A stretch of DNA of 64,000 bases, from assembly GCA_902772455.1 (NCBI GenBank), contig CACYAW010000001.1:95001-159000 (forward strand). Direction: 5' to 3'. This DNA comes from an uncultured Bacteroidales bacterium (lineage in GTDB: Bacteria; Bacteroidota; Bacteroidia; Bacteroidales; Muribaculaceae). The position numbers and the translations under genes are program-made. The notes below the pieces were generated by a model, which made no database searches, was not told the DNA's origin, and saw only the letters and a program-made list of their open reading frames with translations. Every line of letters starts with the position of its first letter. Within the stretch, counting starts at the first letter, position 1. Of this stretch, positions 55,693-64,000 are shown piece by piece.

Positions 55693-56394
55693 ATGAAGTC
55701 ACCGTTTGGACGAATAGAGGATCTGTTCAACACGCTCAATGACGCAGGCATCAAGTACCTTGTCCTGCGTAACTACGAGAATCTGCTTGAACCGGAATTA
55801 TATGTCGATGGCCATGGCGACATTGATATGCTTTGCATTGATTCTCAGGAAATTGTTGACCTCATTAATGCTCAAGTTTTGACACACGACAAACCTGGAA
55901 TGCGTGGCGATGGTGTTCATTATGCCATTGAAGTGGATGGGAAACCCGTCAAACTGGATTTGCGCCATCTGGGTGATGGATATTACTGCACAAAGTGGGA
56001 AAAAGAGATGCTTGAACGCAGGGTAGGGCATGATTGTTTCTATGTAATGAACGAAACAGACTATTTCTATTCTCTTATATATCATGCTGTGCTGCAAAAA
56101 AGATCTCTTAGCCAGGAGTACAGTTCGCGTCTATTTCAGATGTCGAAAGGCCTTGGGTTGGTCATGACCTCAGCTAATGAGCATGAATACCTGCTATTGT
56201 TGCAGGAATATATGCGGGAGCATGGCTACCGTTTTACTTATTCTAAAGACCACTTGGTTCCCAATCGTTTTCATTTGGTGGACCAGGGGCTTATCGATAA
56301 GGATCGTGGCCTCAAGTGGAAGCATAGCCTGTATAACATGAAAATCGGTATGATCGAGTGGCTTGTAAAGGTTAAACATGCCTTACTGCATTGA
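55693..56394 (+). CDS. Hypothetical protein, nucleotidyltransferase-fold-like
   Basis: YLVLRNY..HGDIDML..LDLR pattern (G-D-x-D plus a third Asp). Confidence 0.5.
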   Translation: MKSPFGRIEDLFNTLNDAGIKYLVLRNYENLLEPELYVDGHGDIDMLCIDSQEIVDLINAQVLTHDKPGMRGDGVHYAIEVDGKPVKLDLRHLGDGYYCTKWEKEMLERRVGHDCFYVMNETDYFYSLIYHAVLQKRSLSQEYSSRLFQMSKGLGLVMTSANEHEYLLLLQEYMREHGYRFTYSKDHLVPNRFHLVDQGLIDKDRGLKWKHSLYNMKIGMIEWLVKVKHALLH

Positions 56395-56401
56395 CACACA
56401 G

Positions 56402-57451
56402 ATGGATTATAGCTTACTTCAGGAACACACGATAGGGATCTATCAATTGAGAGGCCATGAGTGCAGGATAGAGAAGGTTCCTGCCCGTTCATTGCTTACG
56501 CCCCAGCGATTTGACCTGTTTGCCAAAATTTATTACATTGGCAATGTGTCAACTAATAGGGAAAGCGCAATGAGGGTTTATGGAGAGCACATCAAAGCCT
56601 TTAACCCCGATGGCCGTGAACCAGGCAGAGACGATAAGCAGGGCGTCAATGATTTTGTGTCAGTCTTTGACCAGATAATCGCCCATTTCAAGGACCATGA
56701 TTTCGATGATCAAGTATCGGTCGTTCCTGTTGATGGGAATGGTGTGATCCTTGACGGCGCGCATCGTGTAGCGGCATTGGCCTATTATGGCAAGGACGTT
56801 ACCATCGCACGGTTTGATGACGTGGAAGCAAAGTGCGTTTTTGATTACACCTATTTCAAGAACCGAGGTTTAGCGTGGGATGTTGCCGATACTATCGCCC
56901 TGGAGATGGCCAAATGGCTTGATCAATTGTTGGTGGCCTGTTTATGGCCTTCGACGGATCTCAATCAAAAGCAACTGATAGTTGAGACACTTGGTAAGAC
57001 GCATCAGTTGGCCTACAGGAAAGACATTAGATGCGATTTGCACTCATTAGCTAACTTCGTGGGGTACATCTATCGTGGGCAAGACTGGACACGAAACCCT
57101 GATTATGTTTTGGATAAAGCTTCTAGGGTGTATGGGAAATCCGCATTGTCTCTGGTACTGTTTGTCTCTGAAAGCTCACTGGACACTGTGTTAGAAGAGA
57201 AAGATGGGATCCGTCAGCTGTTGGGCAAGGGCAAAGATTCCTTGCATATTGCTGACAACCATGATGAGACGTTAGATATTGCGACTGTCACCCTTGATAA
57301 AAACCGTCAAAGTCTGTGGATGACTAGCCACTCTCTTAATCTTTTCAACAAGTTTTCTGATAAGTTGAAGGAACGCTGGCTGGTTTTCAAGAAAGTGCAA
57401 TGGATCGCATTTAAGGTCAGAATCTACAATTTGATTAAACGCAATAGATAA
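56402..57451 (+). CDS. Hypothetical protein with ParB/Srx-like motif and possible NDK-like C-terminal region
   Basis: VVPVD..ILDGAHRVAAL; GIRQLLGKGKDSLHIADNHDE. Confidence 0.5.
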   Translation: MDYSLLQEHTIGIYQLRGHECRIEKVPARSLLTPQRFDLFAKIYYIGNVSTNRESAMRVYGEHIKAFNPDGREPGRDDKQGVNDFVSVFDQIIAHFKDHDFDDQVSVVPVDGNGVILDGAHRVAALAYYGKDVTIARFDDVEAKCVFDYTYFKNRGLAWDVADTIALEMAKWLDQLLVACLWPSTDLNQKQLIVETLGKTHQLAYRKDIRCDLHSLANFVGYIYRGQDWTRNPDYVLDKASRVYGKSALSLVLFVSESSLDTVLEEKDGIRQLLGKGKDSLHIADNHDETLDIATVTLDKNRQSLWMTSHSLNLFNKFSDKLKERWLVFKKVQWIAFKVRIYNLIKRNR

Positions 57452-57455
57452 GTCG

Positions 57456-58073
57456 ATGATATATCCTTCATTCCTTCGCGTTTTATATCGTAAATTAAGG
57501 CCGACTATTGTTAACGGCAAAAATAATACCGTTGCGATAAAGTCAAAACGCCATAATTTCCGTGTGCGCATCGACGGTAACAACAACTCAATTGAAATCG
57601 GGGAGGGTAGCCGATTGAAGAATACCCGAATCCTGCTATTTGGTGATAACAATCGCATTATTGCCGAAGATGGCTCAAAGTTTGATGGCCCATGCAACAT
57701 TACGTTAGAAGGAAATGCAACGCTCTACATAGGCCGTAACAGTGGCATTCGCGGTGTGACATTTGTACTCAAGGATGCAAATATAACTGTTGGACGGAAC
57801 TGTATGTTCAGCTATAATGTCTTGGTGCGTAATAATGATTCTCACAAAGTACTCGACAGTGAAGGTAACGTTACAAATGAAGCTAAGGATATTGTTATTA
57901 ATGACCACGTTTGGTTGTGTGAGCGATCTTCGATCTTGAAAGGTGTAACCATTGGTGCCGACTCGATTATAGCTTTTGGCGCTGTCGTTACCAAAGATTG
58001 TCCGCCTAACTCCATTATGGCTGGGAATCCTGCACGTGTCGTTAAACAGAATATTAACTGGTTAAACAAGTAG
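57456..58073 (+). CDS. O-acyltransferase, left-handed beta-helix family
   Basis: Hexapeptide repeats, DSH, IVINDHVW, ILKGVTIG, AGNPARVV. Confidence 0.85.
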   Translation: MIYPSFLRVLYRKLRPTIVNGKNNTVAIKSKRHNFRVRIDGNNNSIEIGEGSRLKNTRILLFGDNNRIIAEDGSKFDGPCNITLEGNATLYIGRNSGIRGVTFVLKDANITVGRNCMFSYNVLVRNNDSHKVLDSEGNVTNEAKDIVINDHVWLCERSSILKGVTIGADSIIAFGAVVTKDCPPNSIMAGNPARVVKQNINWLNK

Positions 58074-58086
58074 CAACTGAGTAAGC

Positions 58087-59301
58087 ATGAGCAAACCTCG
58101 CATTTTCATCAACATGCACTATATGGAGCTCGGTGGTGCCGAGAGAGCACTATTGGGACTCCTTAACTCATTGGACACCGATAAGGTTGACGTTGACTTG
58201 TTCTTGAATCAGCATACAGGCGAATTTATGCCACTGATTCCTAAGAAGATCAATCTGTTGCCTGAGCGCCTTGGCTATAATGCCATCGAACGTCCAATGT
58301 TACAAGTGTTGAAAGAAGGCCAATACGGTATCGTGCTGGGACGATTAAAAGCGCGCATACTTCACAGGAAGTACCATAAATCATTGACTGATATTGAGAA
58401 GTCTTTCGATTCCAGCTCTTTCCACTATGTGGCTGAATGCGTCCAGCCCTATCTGCCTTCACTTGAGGATTTGGGTGAGTATGATCTGGCTATCAGTTTC
58501 CTGCAACCGCACAACATTGTTCTTAACAAGGTTAAAGCAAAGAAAAAAATTGCATGGATCCACACCGATTACTCAACTGTTCATGTCAATGCCGAACTAG
58601 AACTTCCTGTATGGGCCGGATTTGACTATATAGCATCAATCTCTCCCGATTGCACCCGTTCGTTTTTGCAGACGTTCCCCACCTTAAAGAACAAAATCAT
58701 CGAGATCGAGAATATTCTCTCAACCAGTTTTGTTCGCCGTCAGGCCGAACTTCTTGATGTCAGTGATGAGATGCCGAAGAACGGAATTAACCTGTTGTCT
58801 GTTGGCCGGTATCATTATCAGAAGAACTTTGATAATTTGCCAGATATAGCGAAACGTATTATTGAATTAGGCCATTCTGATTTGAAATGGTATGTTATTG
58901 GATTTGGACCAGAAGAAGAGTTGATAAAACAGAAGATTGCGGAAGCGGGAATGGAGAGCCATGTGATTTTGTTGGGCAAAAAGGAGAATCCATATCCCTA
59001 TATTAAGAGATGTGATTTATATTTGCAACCTAGTCGATATGAAGGAAAAAGCGTCTCTGTGCGTGAGGCTCAAATCTTGTGCAAACCAGTTATAATTACA
59101 GACTATCCTACTGCGAGTAGTCAAATAAAAAATGGGATAGATGGCTTTATCGCTCCAACTGATAACGAAGGTTGTGCAAAGTTCATTGACAATGTTCTCA
59201 CACATCCTGCTTCGCTGGATAAGTTGTTCTCTCATATGAGTAAACATGATTATGGCAATGAGGAAGAAGTGTCTAAGATATATAGAATCATTGGCATCTA
59301 A
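58087..59301 (+). CDS. Glycosyltransferase family 4 (tandem copy 1)
   Basis: GGAE, WIHTDY, SVGR..QK, NPYPY, PSRYEG. Confidence 0.9.
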   Translation: MSKPRIFINMHYMELGGAERALLGLLNSLDTDKVDVDLFLNQHTGEFMPLIPKKINLLPERLGYNAIERPMLQVLKEGQYGIVLGRLKARILHRKYHKSLTDIEKSFDSSSFHYVAECVQPYLPSLEDLGEYDLAISFLQPHNIVLNKVKAKKKIAWIHTDYSTVHVNAELELPVWAGFDYIASISPDCTRSFLQTFPTLKNKIIEIENILSTSFVRRQAELLDVSDEMPKNGINLLSVGRYHYQKNFDNLPDIAKRIIELGHSDLKWYVIGFGPEEELIKQKIAEAGMESHVILLGKKENPYPYIKRCDLYLQPSRYEGKSVSVREAQILCKPVIITDYPTASSQIKNGIDGFIAPTDNEGCAKFIDNVLTHPASLDKLFSHMSKHDYGNEEEVSKIYRIIGI

Positions 59302-59351
59302 TTATATACAGCATCCACAATTTTTTAGTCGCTAATGTGATTAATATTGAA

Positions 59352-60560
59352 ATGGAAAAACCACGAATCTTTATCAATATGCACTATATGGCAATGGGAG
59401 GTGCAGAGAGCGCACTTCTCGGCTTGCTCAATGCATTGGATACCGATAGGGTTGATGTGGATCTGTTCCTTAATCAGCATACGGGTGAGTTTTTGCCACT
59501 TATTCCGAAGAACATCAAACTCTTGCCTGAAAGAAAGGGCTACAATGCGATAGAGCGTCCAATTAGTCAGATTCTTAAGGAAGGCCAATTCAGTATGGTG
59601 TTTGGTCGTCTAAAGGCACGCTGTCTTCATAAGAAGTATTACAGCACGCTCAGTGACAAAGAAAAATTATATGATTCAAGTTCGTTTTACTATGTAGCTG
59701 AATGTGTGCAGCGATATTTGCCCTCACTGGAAGATTTGGGTATGTATGATTTGGCAATCAGTTTTTTGCATCCTCATAATATTGTTCTAAATAAGGTGAA
59801 CGCTAGAAAAAAAATAGCTTGGATTCATACTGATTATTCTGCTATCCATGTTAATGCTGAAATGGAATTACCGGTCTGGTCTGGGTTTGACTATATAGCG
59901 TCAATTTCACCCGACTGTACCCGTTCTTTTTTGCAGACGTTCCCGACATTGAACGACAAGATTATCGAGATTGAGAATATTCTCTCTACTAGTTTTGTAC
60001 GTCATCAGGCTGAGCTTTATGATGTTAGTGATGAGATGCCAAAGAACACATTCAATCTTTTATCTGTTGGTCGTTATTGTCACGCTAAGAATTATGATAA
60101 TGTACCGGATATTACTAAGCGGTTGGTTGAGATGGGTTTTAAGGATTTAAAGTGGTATCTCATTGGCTTTGGCTCTGATAAGCAATTAATTCGCCAAAAG
60201 ATTGCTGAGGCTGGAATGGAGGAGCATGTCATCATGCTCGGCAAGAAGGATAATCCATATCCCTATATTAAGGCATGTGATGTCTATGTGCAGCCGAGCC
60301 GCTACGAAGGTAAGAGTGTGACCGTCCGTGAGGCTCAGGTCCTGTGTAAGCCGGTCATCGTTACCAGTTATCCCACAGCCAGGAGTCAGGTGCGAAATGG
60401 TGTGGATGGTATAATTGTACCCCAGGAGAACGAAGGCTGTGCCGATGGGATAGCTCAAGCCATACAAAATAGCGATCAATTGAAGGCTCTCACTGCCTAT
60501 TTGCAAGAAAACGATTACGGTAACGAACGAGAAGTTGAGAAAGTTTTGAATTTGATATGA
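59352..60560 (+). CDS. Glycosyltransferase family 4 (tandem copy 2)
   Basis: Same motifs; start set at MEKPRIF by alignment with copy 1. Confidence 0.9.
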   Translation: MEKPRIFINMHYMAMGGAESALLGLLNALDTDRVDVDLFLNQHTGEFLPLIPKNIKLLPERKGYNAIERPISQILKEGQFSMVFGRLKARCLHKKYYSTLSDKEKLYDSSSFYYVAECVQRYLPSLEDLGMYDLAISFLHPHNIVLNKVNARKKIAWIHTDYSAIHVNAEMELPVWSGFDYIASISPDCTRSFLQTFPTLNDKIIEIENILSTSFVRHQAELYDVSDEMPKNTFNLLSVGRYCHAKNYDNVPDITKRLVEMGFKDLKWYLIGFGSDKQLIRQKIAEAGMEEHVIMLGKKDNPYPYIKACDVYVQPSRYEGKSVTVREAQVLCKPVIVTSYPTARSQVRNGVDGIIVPQENEGCADGIAQAIQNSDQLKALTAYLQENDYGNEREVEKVLNLI

Positions 60561-61549
60561 GCACTATGGTTCGGAATCATAGATTGGACTTATTGCGTGT
60601 GATTGCACTCATGATGATTATTTTGATGCATTCACCAATGCCAAAATATGCACTTGCTCCAAGCTATATCATTACAGGACTTTCATATTTTACCGCACCA
60701 GGAATAGGCTTGTTTTTCATGATAAGTGGCGCATTGCTTCTTGGAAATGGTCTTTCTACTCGTGATTTCTTGAGAAAAAGAATCTCAAAGATTTTGTTTC
60801 CAACTGTATTCTGGACTTTCTTCTACTTGATCGTGAACTATATTCGGGGAGGCTTAAGCGTCATAGAAGCATTACAGTCAATTGCATCTATCCCATTTTC
60901 TATGCAGGGACAAGGCATATTATGGTTTATGTACACTTTGGCCGGTTTGTATCTTTTGACACCAATATTGGCACGATGGCTGAAGACTGCGTCAAAAAAA
61001 GAAGTGGAGTTTTATCTTCTCTTGTGGGCCATTACTCTCTTATATCCCTATTTGGAGATGGTGTTATTCATAGATACGAGCTCAGCTGGTATATTATACT
61101 ATTTCACAGGGTATCTGGGATATTATCTGCTAGGCTATTATTTGAATAGGTACTATGGATTTCAAAATATTCATGTCGTTGTTGCAGTAGTTATCGCAAT
61201 TTTGATACCTGCATTATTGTATGCCAGTGGTATTGAATTCAACTTTTATTCTTTACTGTGGTACCTGTCTCTTCCTGTAGTCCTGATGGCAAGTGTTTGG
61301 TTTGTTTTGATAAACCGGACTCCGAATAAGCATTTTTTCCTCATCAGTGAGATATCACGACTCTCGTTTGGTATTTATTTTGTTCATATTTTCATCTTGA
61401 GGAGGTGTTTGTGGAGAATTGATTTCATTAGAGAGTTGCCTGGGCTGATTCAGATTCCAGTGGTAATGATAGCTACACTTGTTTTGTCTTTTTTAATAGT
61501 GAAACTGATTTCACGACTGCCATTTAGCAAATATATAATAGGAGTATAA
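60557..61549 (+). CDS. Membrane acyltransferase (acyltransferase-3)
   Basis: RNHRLDLLR..ILMH, FFMISG, LWFMY, SFGIYFVH. Confidence 0.85.
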   Translation: MSTMVRNHRLDLLRVIALMMIILMHSPMPKYALAPSYIITGLSYFTAPGIGLFFMISGALLLGNGLSTRDFLRKRISKILFPTVFWTFFYLIVNYIRGGLSVIEALQSIASIPFSMQGQGILWFMYTLAGLYLLTPILARWLKTASKKEVEFYLLLWAITLLYPYLEMVLFIDTSSAGILYYFTGYLGYYLLGYYLNRYYGFQNIHVVVAVVIAILIPALLYASGIEFNFYSLLWYLSLPVVLMASVWFVLINRTPNKHFFLISEISRLSFGIYFVHIFILRRCLWRIDFIRELPGLIQIPVVMIATLVLSFLIVKLISRLPFSKYIIGV

Positions 61550-62304
61550 TGATACCCAAGATAATACACTATTGCTGGTTCGGACGCAATCCATTGCCGG
61601 AAAAGGCCATAAAATGCATCAATAGTTGGCGCAAGTTTTTTCCTGATTACGAAATCAAGGAATGGAATGAGGACAACTTTGATGTCAACATCATCCAATA
61701 TACTGCTGAGGCTTATCTGGCGCGCAAATTCGCTTTTGTGAGCGACTATGCACGATTTTGGATACTCTATCACTATGGTGGTGTTTATTTTGATACCGAT
61801 GTCGAAGTTATCAAACCGATGGACGATATCATTGAGAAGGGTCCATATATGGGTATCGAAACAATAGGCACAGATATATTGAAGTCATATCCACTTGTAA
61901 ATCCTGGTTTAGGCGTTGCTGCTGGGCCAGGCATGGTCTTTTTTCATGATCTTTTGGAGCATTATGCCTCATTGTCGCATTTATACGATGCTAATGGAAA
62001 TCTTACAGGTGGAACAGTGGTTACACATACAACAAGTGAACTCCTTAAATTTGGTTTAAAACCGTCAGATTCTTATCAGTTCATAGCTGATATTTCCCTA
62101 TATCCTGCTGATTTTTTTAATCCGTATGATGACTTGACGGGTAGATTAAATGTGACAGATAATACAAGATCCATTCATTGGTATTCATCGTCTTGGAATA
62201 AACGCCCTTCATATATCACATGGTTGTCAAGAGTGTCCCATCGTATTTTTGGTTTATATCTTCATAATGCAAAGAATAAACTAAGAGGGAAAACGGATTA
62301 TTAA
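61549..62304 (+). CDS. Glycosyltransferase family 32 (DXD, OCH1-like; tandem copy 1)
   Basis: MIPKIIHYCWFG, SDYAR, GGVYFDTD. Confidence 0.9.
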   Translation: MIPKIIHYCWFGRNPLPEKAIKCINSWRKFFPDYEIKEWNEDNFDVNIIQYTAEAYLARKFAFVSDYARFWILYHYGGVYFDTDVEVIKPMDDIIEKGPYMGIETIGTDILKSYPLVNPGLGVAAGPGMVFFHDLLEHYASLSHLYDANGNLTGGTVVTHTTSELLKFGLKPSDSYQFIADISLYPADFFNPYDDLTGRLNVTDNTRSIHWYSSSWNKRPSYITWLSRVSHRIFGLYLHNAKNKLRGKTDY

Positions 62305-62313
62305 AAGAATAAA

Positions 62314-63066
62314 ATGATACCGAAGACGATACATTATTGCTGGTTTGGACGCAATCCATTGCCAGAAAAAGCTATAAAATGCATCAACAGTTGGCGCAAG
62401 TTTTTCCCTGATTACGAAATCAAGGAATGGAACGAGGACAACTTCGACGTAAATGGTATTCTCTATACTGCGGAAGCATATCAGGCATGCAAATATGCCT
62501 TTGTAAGCGACTATGCCCGCTTTTGGATACTTTATCACTATGGTGGTGTTTATTTTGATACCGATGTGGAGGTGATAAGGCCGATGGATGACATTATTCT
62601 TCGAGGTCCATTTTTAGGCATGGAGAATGTGTGGACATATCCAAATGTTGCACCAGGGCTGGGAATGGCCGCTGAAGCAGGGCATAGAATTTATAAACAG
62701 GCCATTGATTGTTATTCAAGAATGCACTTCTCTTTTGAGAACGGAATTGTGACTCATGAGAGTATAGTCCCCTTGACAACTCGCCTGTTGAAAGAGGCGG
62801 GAATGCAACCAAATGGTGATTTACAACAAGTGGACGGAATATGGATATATCCATGCGATTTCTTTAATCCTTTTGATGATCTTACGGGTAAACTAAATAT
62901 TACTGATAATACTTATACTATTCATTGGTATACCGCGTCTTGGCGTAAGCAAAATGATCTTATACGATGGATTAAGAGGTTTTTTCACCGTTTAGTCGGA
63001 GATAGAATGCATATAATTCATCGTATCAAAAACCAACTAATTAGTAAGCTGAAATTTAGTATTTGA
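62314..63066 (+). CDS. Glycosyltransferase family 32 (tandem copy 2)
   Basis: MIPKTIHYCWFG, SDYAR, GGVYFDTD. Confidence 0.9.
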   Translation: MIPKTIHYCWFGRNPLPEKAIKCINSWRKFFPDYEIKEWNEDNFDVNGILYTAEAYQACKYAFVSDYARFWILYHYGGVYFDTDVEVIRPMDDIILRGPFLGMENVWTYPNVAPGLGMAAEAGHRIYKQAIDCYSRMHFSFENGIVTHESIVPLTTRLLKEAGMQPNGDLQQVDGIWIYPCDFFNPFDDLTGKLNITDNTYTIHWYTASWRKQNDLIRWIKRFFHRLVGDRMHIIHRIKNQLISKLKFSI

Positions 63067-63103
63067 TTCTTACTTAACAAATTAATTCACACAAAAACAA
63101 GAT

Positions 63104-64000
63104 ATGCAAACAATTGAATTTCTTTCACCCTGGTACTTCGCTACAACTTACTATATAGTTTTCCTAGTTATCTCTTGGATTACCGTGCTCTACTATGTAG
63201 GCTCCAATCAGCAGAAAATACTTCATTCAGAGGGTTCTCCTATGCAAGGAGCAGCATTACTTTTGACAATTGTTCTTATTTTCTTTATTGGTCTGAGGCC
63301 AAATTCTAGGATATTTGGTGACATGGGTATGTATCGCCATACTTATGAAAATGTATTATATGAATATGCTCCGTTTAGCCTTCATAAGGAGTGGCTTTGG
63401 GATAATTTGATGTATTTCTTCAAGAGTTCCGGATTTAGCGCAAACGAGTTCTTTCTCTTTGTCTCTTTCGTTTACTTTGGGGGGATGCTGATTTGTGCCA
63501 TCCTGTTGATGCGCGAGAATTTATGGATCGCTTTATTGTTTTTCTTCACATCTTTTTCTTGTTACTCTTATGGCACTAATGGAATCCGTAATGGCTTTTC
63601 ATGTAGCATGGAATTGATTGCGATAACTCTCTTGACAATGGGAAAAACAAAACATGTGGCGGCTTATATTTTATTGTTCCTGTCAATGGGAATTCATCGT
63701 TCATCCATTCTACCTGCAGCAGCGGTTATCGCTTCGCTATATTTTATCAAAGATACGAAAACGGCTATTCGTTTTTGGCTAGTTTCTATCGCCGTCTCGT
63801 TGGTTGCTGGTCCACTTGTTGAGCAATTCTTTGCTGCATTGGGTTTTGATGATCGCATGAGTGATTATGCTAGTACTAATCAGAATGAGGATGCCGCATC
63901 TCAATTTTCTCAAACAGGTTTTCGTTGGGATTTCTTATTATATAGTGGTTTCGGTGTAGCCATGGTGTGGTATGTGACACGTTATCGTAGGTTTATCGAT
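63104..64000 (+). CDS. EpsG-family polysaccharide polymerase (Wzy-like), truncated by the window end; absent from the ORF track
   Basis: Manual translation from ATG 63104: MQTIEFLSPWYF..FFIGLRPNSRIFGDMGMY..YGTNGIRNGF; polytopic membrane protein. Confidence 0.8.
   Translation, partial: MQTIEFLSPWYFATTYYIVFLVISWITVLYYVGSNQQKILHSEGSPMQGAALLLTIVLIFFIGLRPNSRIFGDMGMYRHTYENVLYEYAPFSLHKEWLWDNLMYFFKSSGFSANEFFLFVSFVYFGGMLICAILLMRENLWIALLFFFTSFSCYSYGTNGIRNGFSCSMELIAITLLTMGKTKHVAAYILLFLSMGIHRSSILPAAAVIASLYFIKDTKTAIRFWLVSIAVSLVAGPLVEQFFAALGFDDRMSDYASTNQNEDAASQFSQTGFRWDFLLYSGFGVAMVWYVTRYRRFID

Overview
Bacteroidales chromosomal segment; TAnnTTTG -7 promoter boxes, a T9SS-type C-terminal domain and dockerin-tailed enzymes suggest a gut/rumen Muribaculaceae- or Prevotellaceae-like organism (inference). 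1-12.6 kb: a dockerin-tailed GH13 amylase with a LacI-type operator; a 6.6-kb accessory islet (degenerate P-loop ATPase, HTH-Fic, AT-rich WG-repeat protein) between two 50-bp direct repeats; and a secreted dockerin-bearing endonuclease I. 12.7-21 kb, minus strand: ugd, wzc, ino1, an NTP transferase, a HAD hydrolase and pdxA. 21.7 kb to the window end: one plus-strand surface-polysaccharide locus of more than 42 kb. Its first 20 kb is the most unusual part. A VioA-type aminosugar transaminase is followed by a stand-alone NRPS-type adenylation enzyme, a GNAT, two carrier proteins and two FabH/FabG pairs. These bracket seven tandem, tightly packed ~384-aa paralogues of the sugar-transfer-associated ATP-grasp family plus an eighth divergent member (nine ATP-grasp genes in the locus). 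The paralogues keep the catalytic scaffold but differ at the predicted substrate loops. My best hypothesis is a dissociated, non-ribosomal 'ATP-grasp assembly line' that builds a defined acyl-peptide onto a surface glycan. The rest of the locus encodes two Wzx flippases, Glf, GT2/GT4/GT32 glycosyltransferases (some as tandem duplicates), acyltransferases, several unusual tailoring enzymes and an EpsG-type polymerase cut by the window end. All functional calls come from motif recognition; no searches were run.
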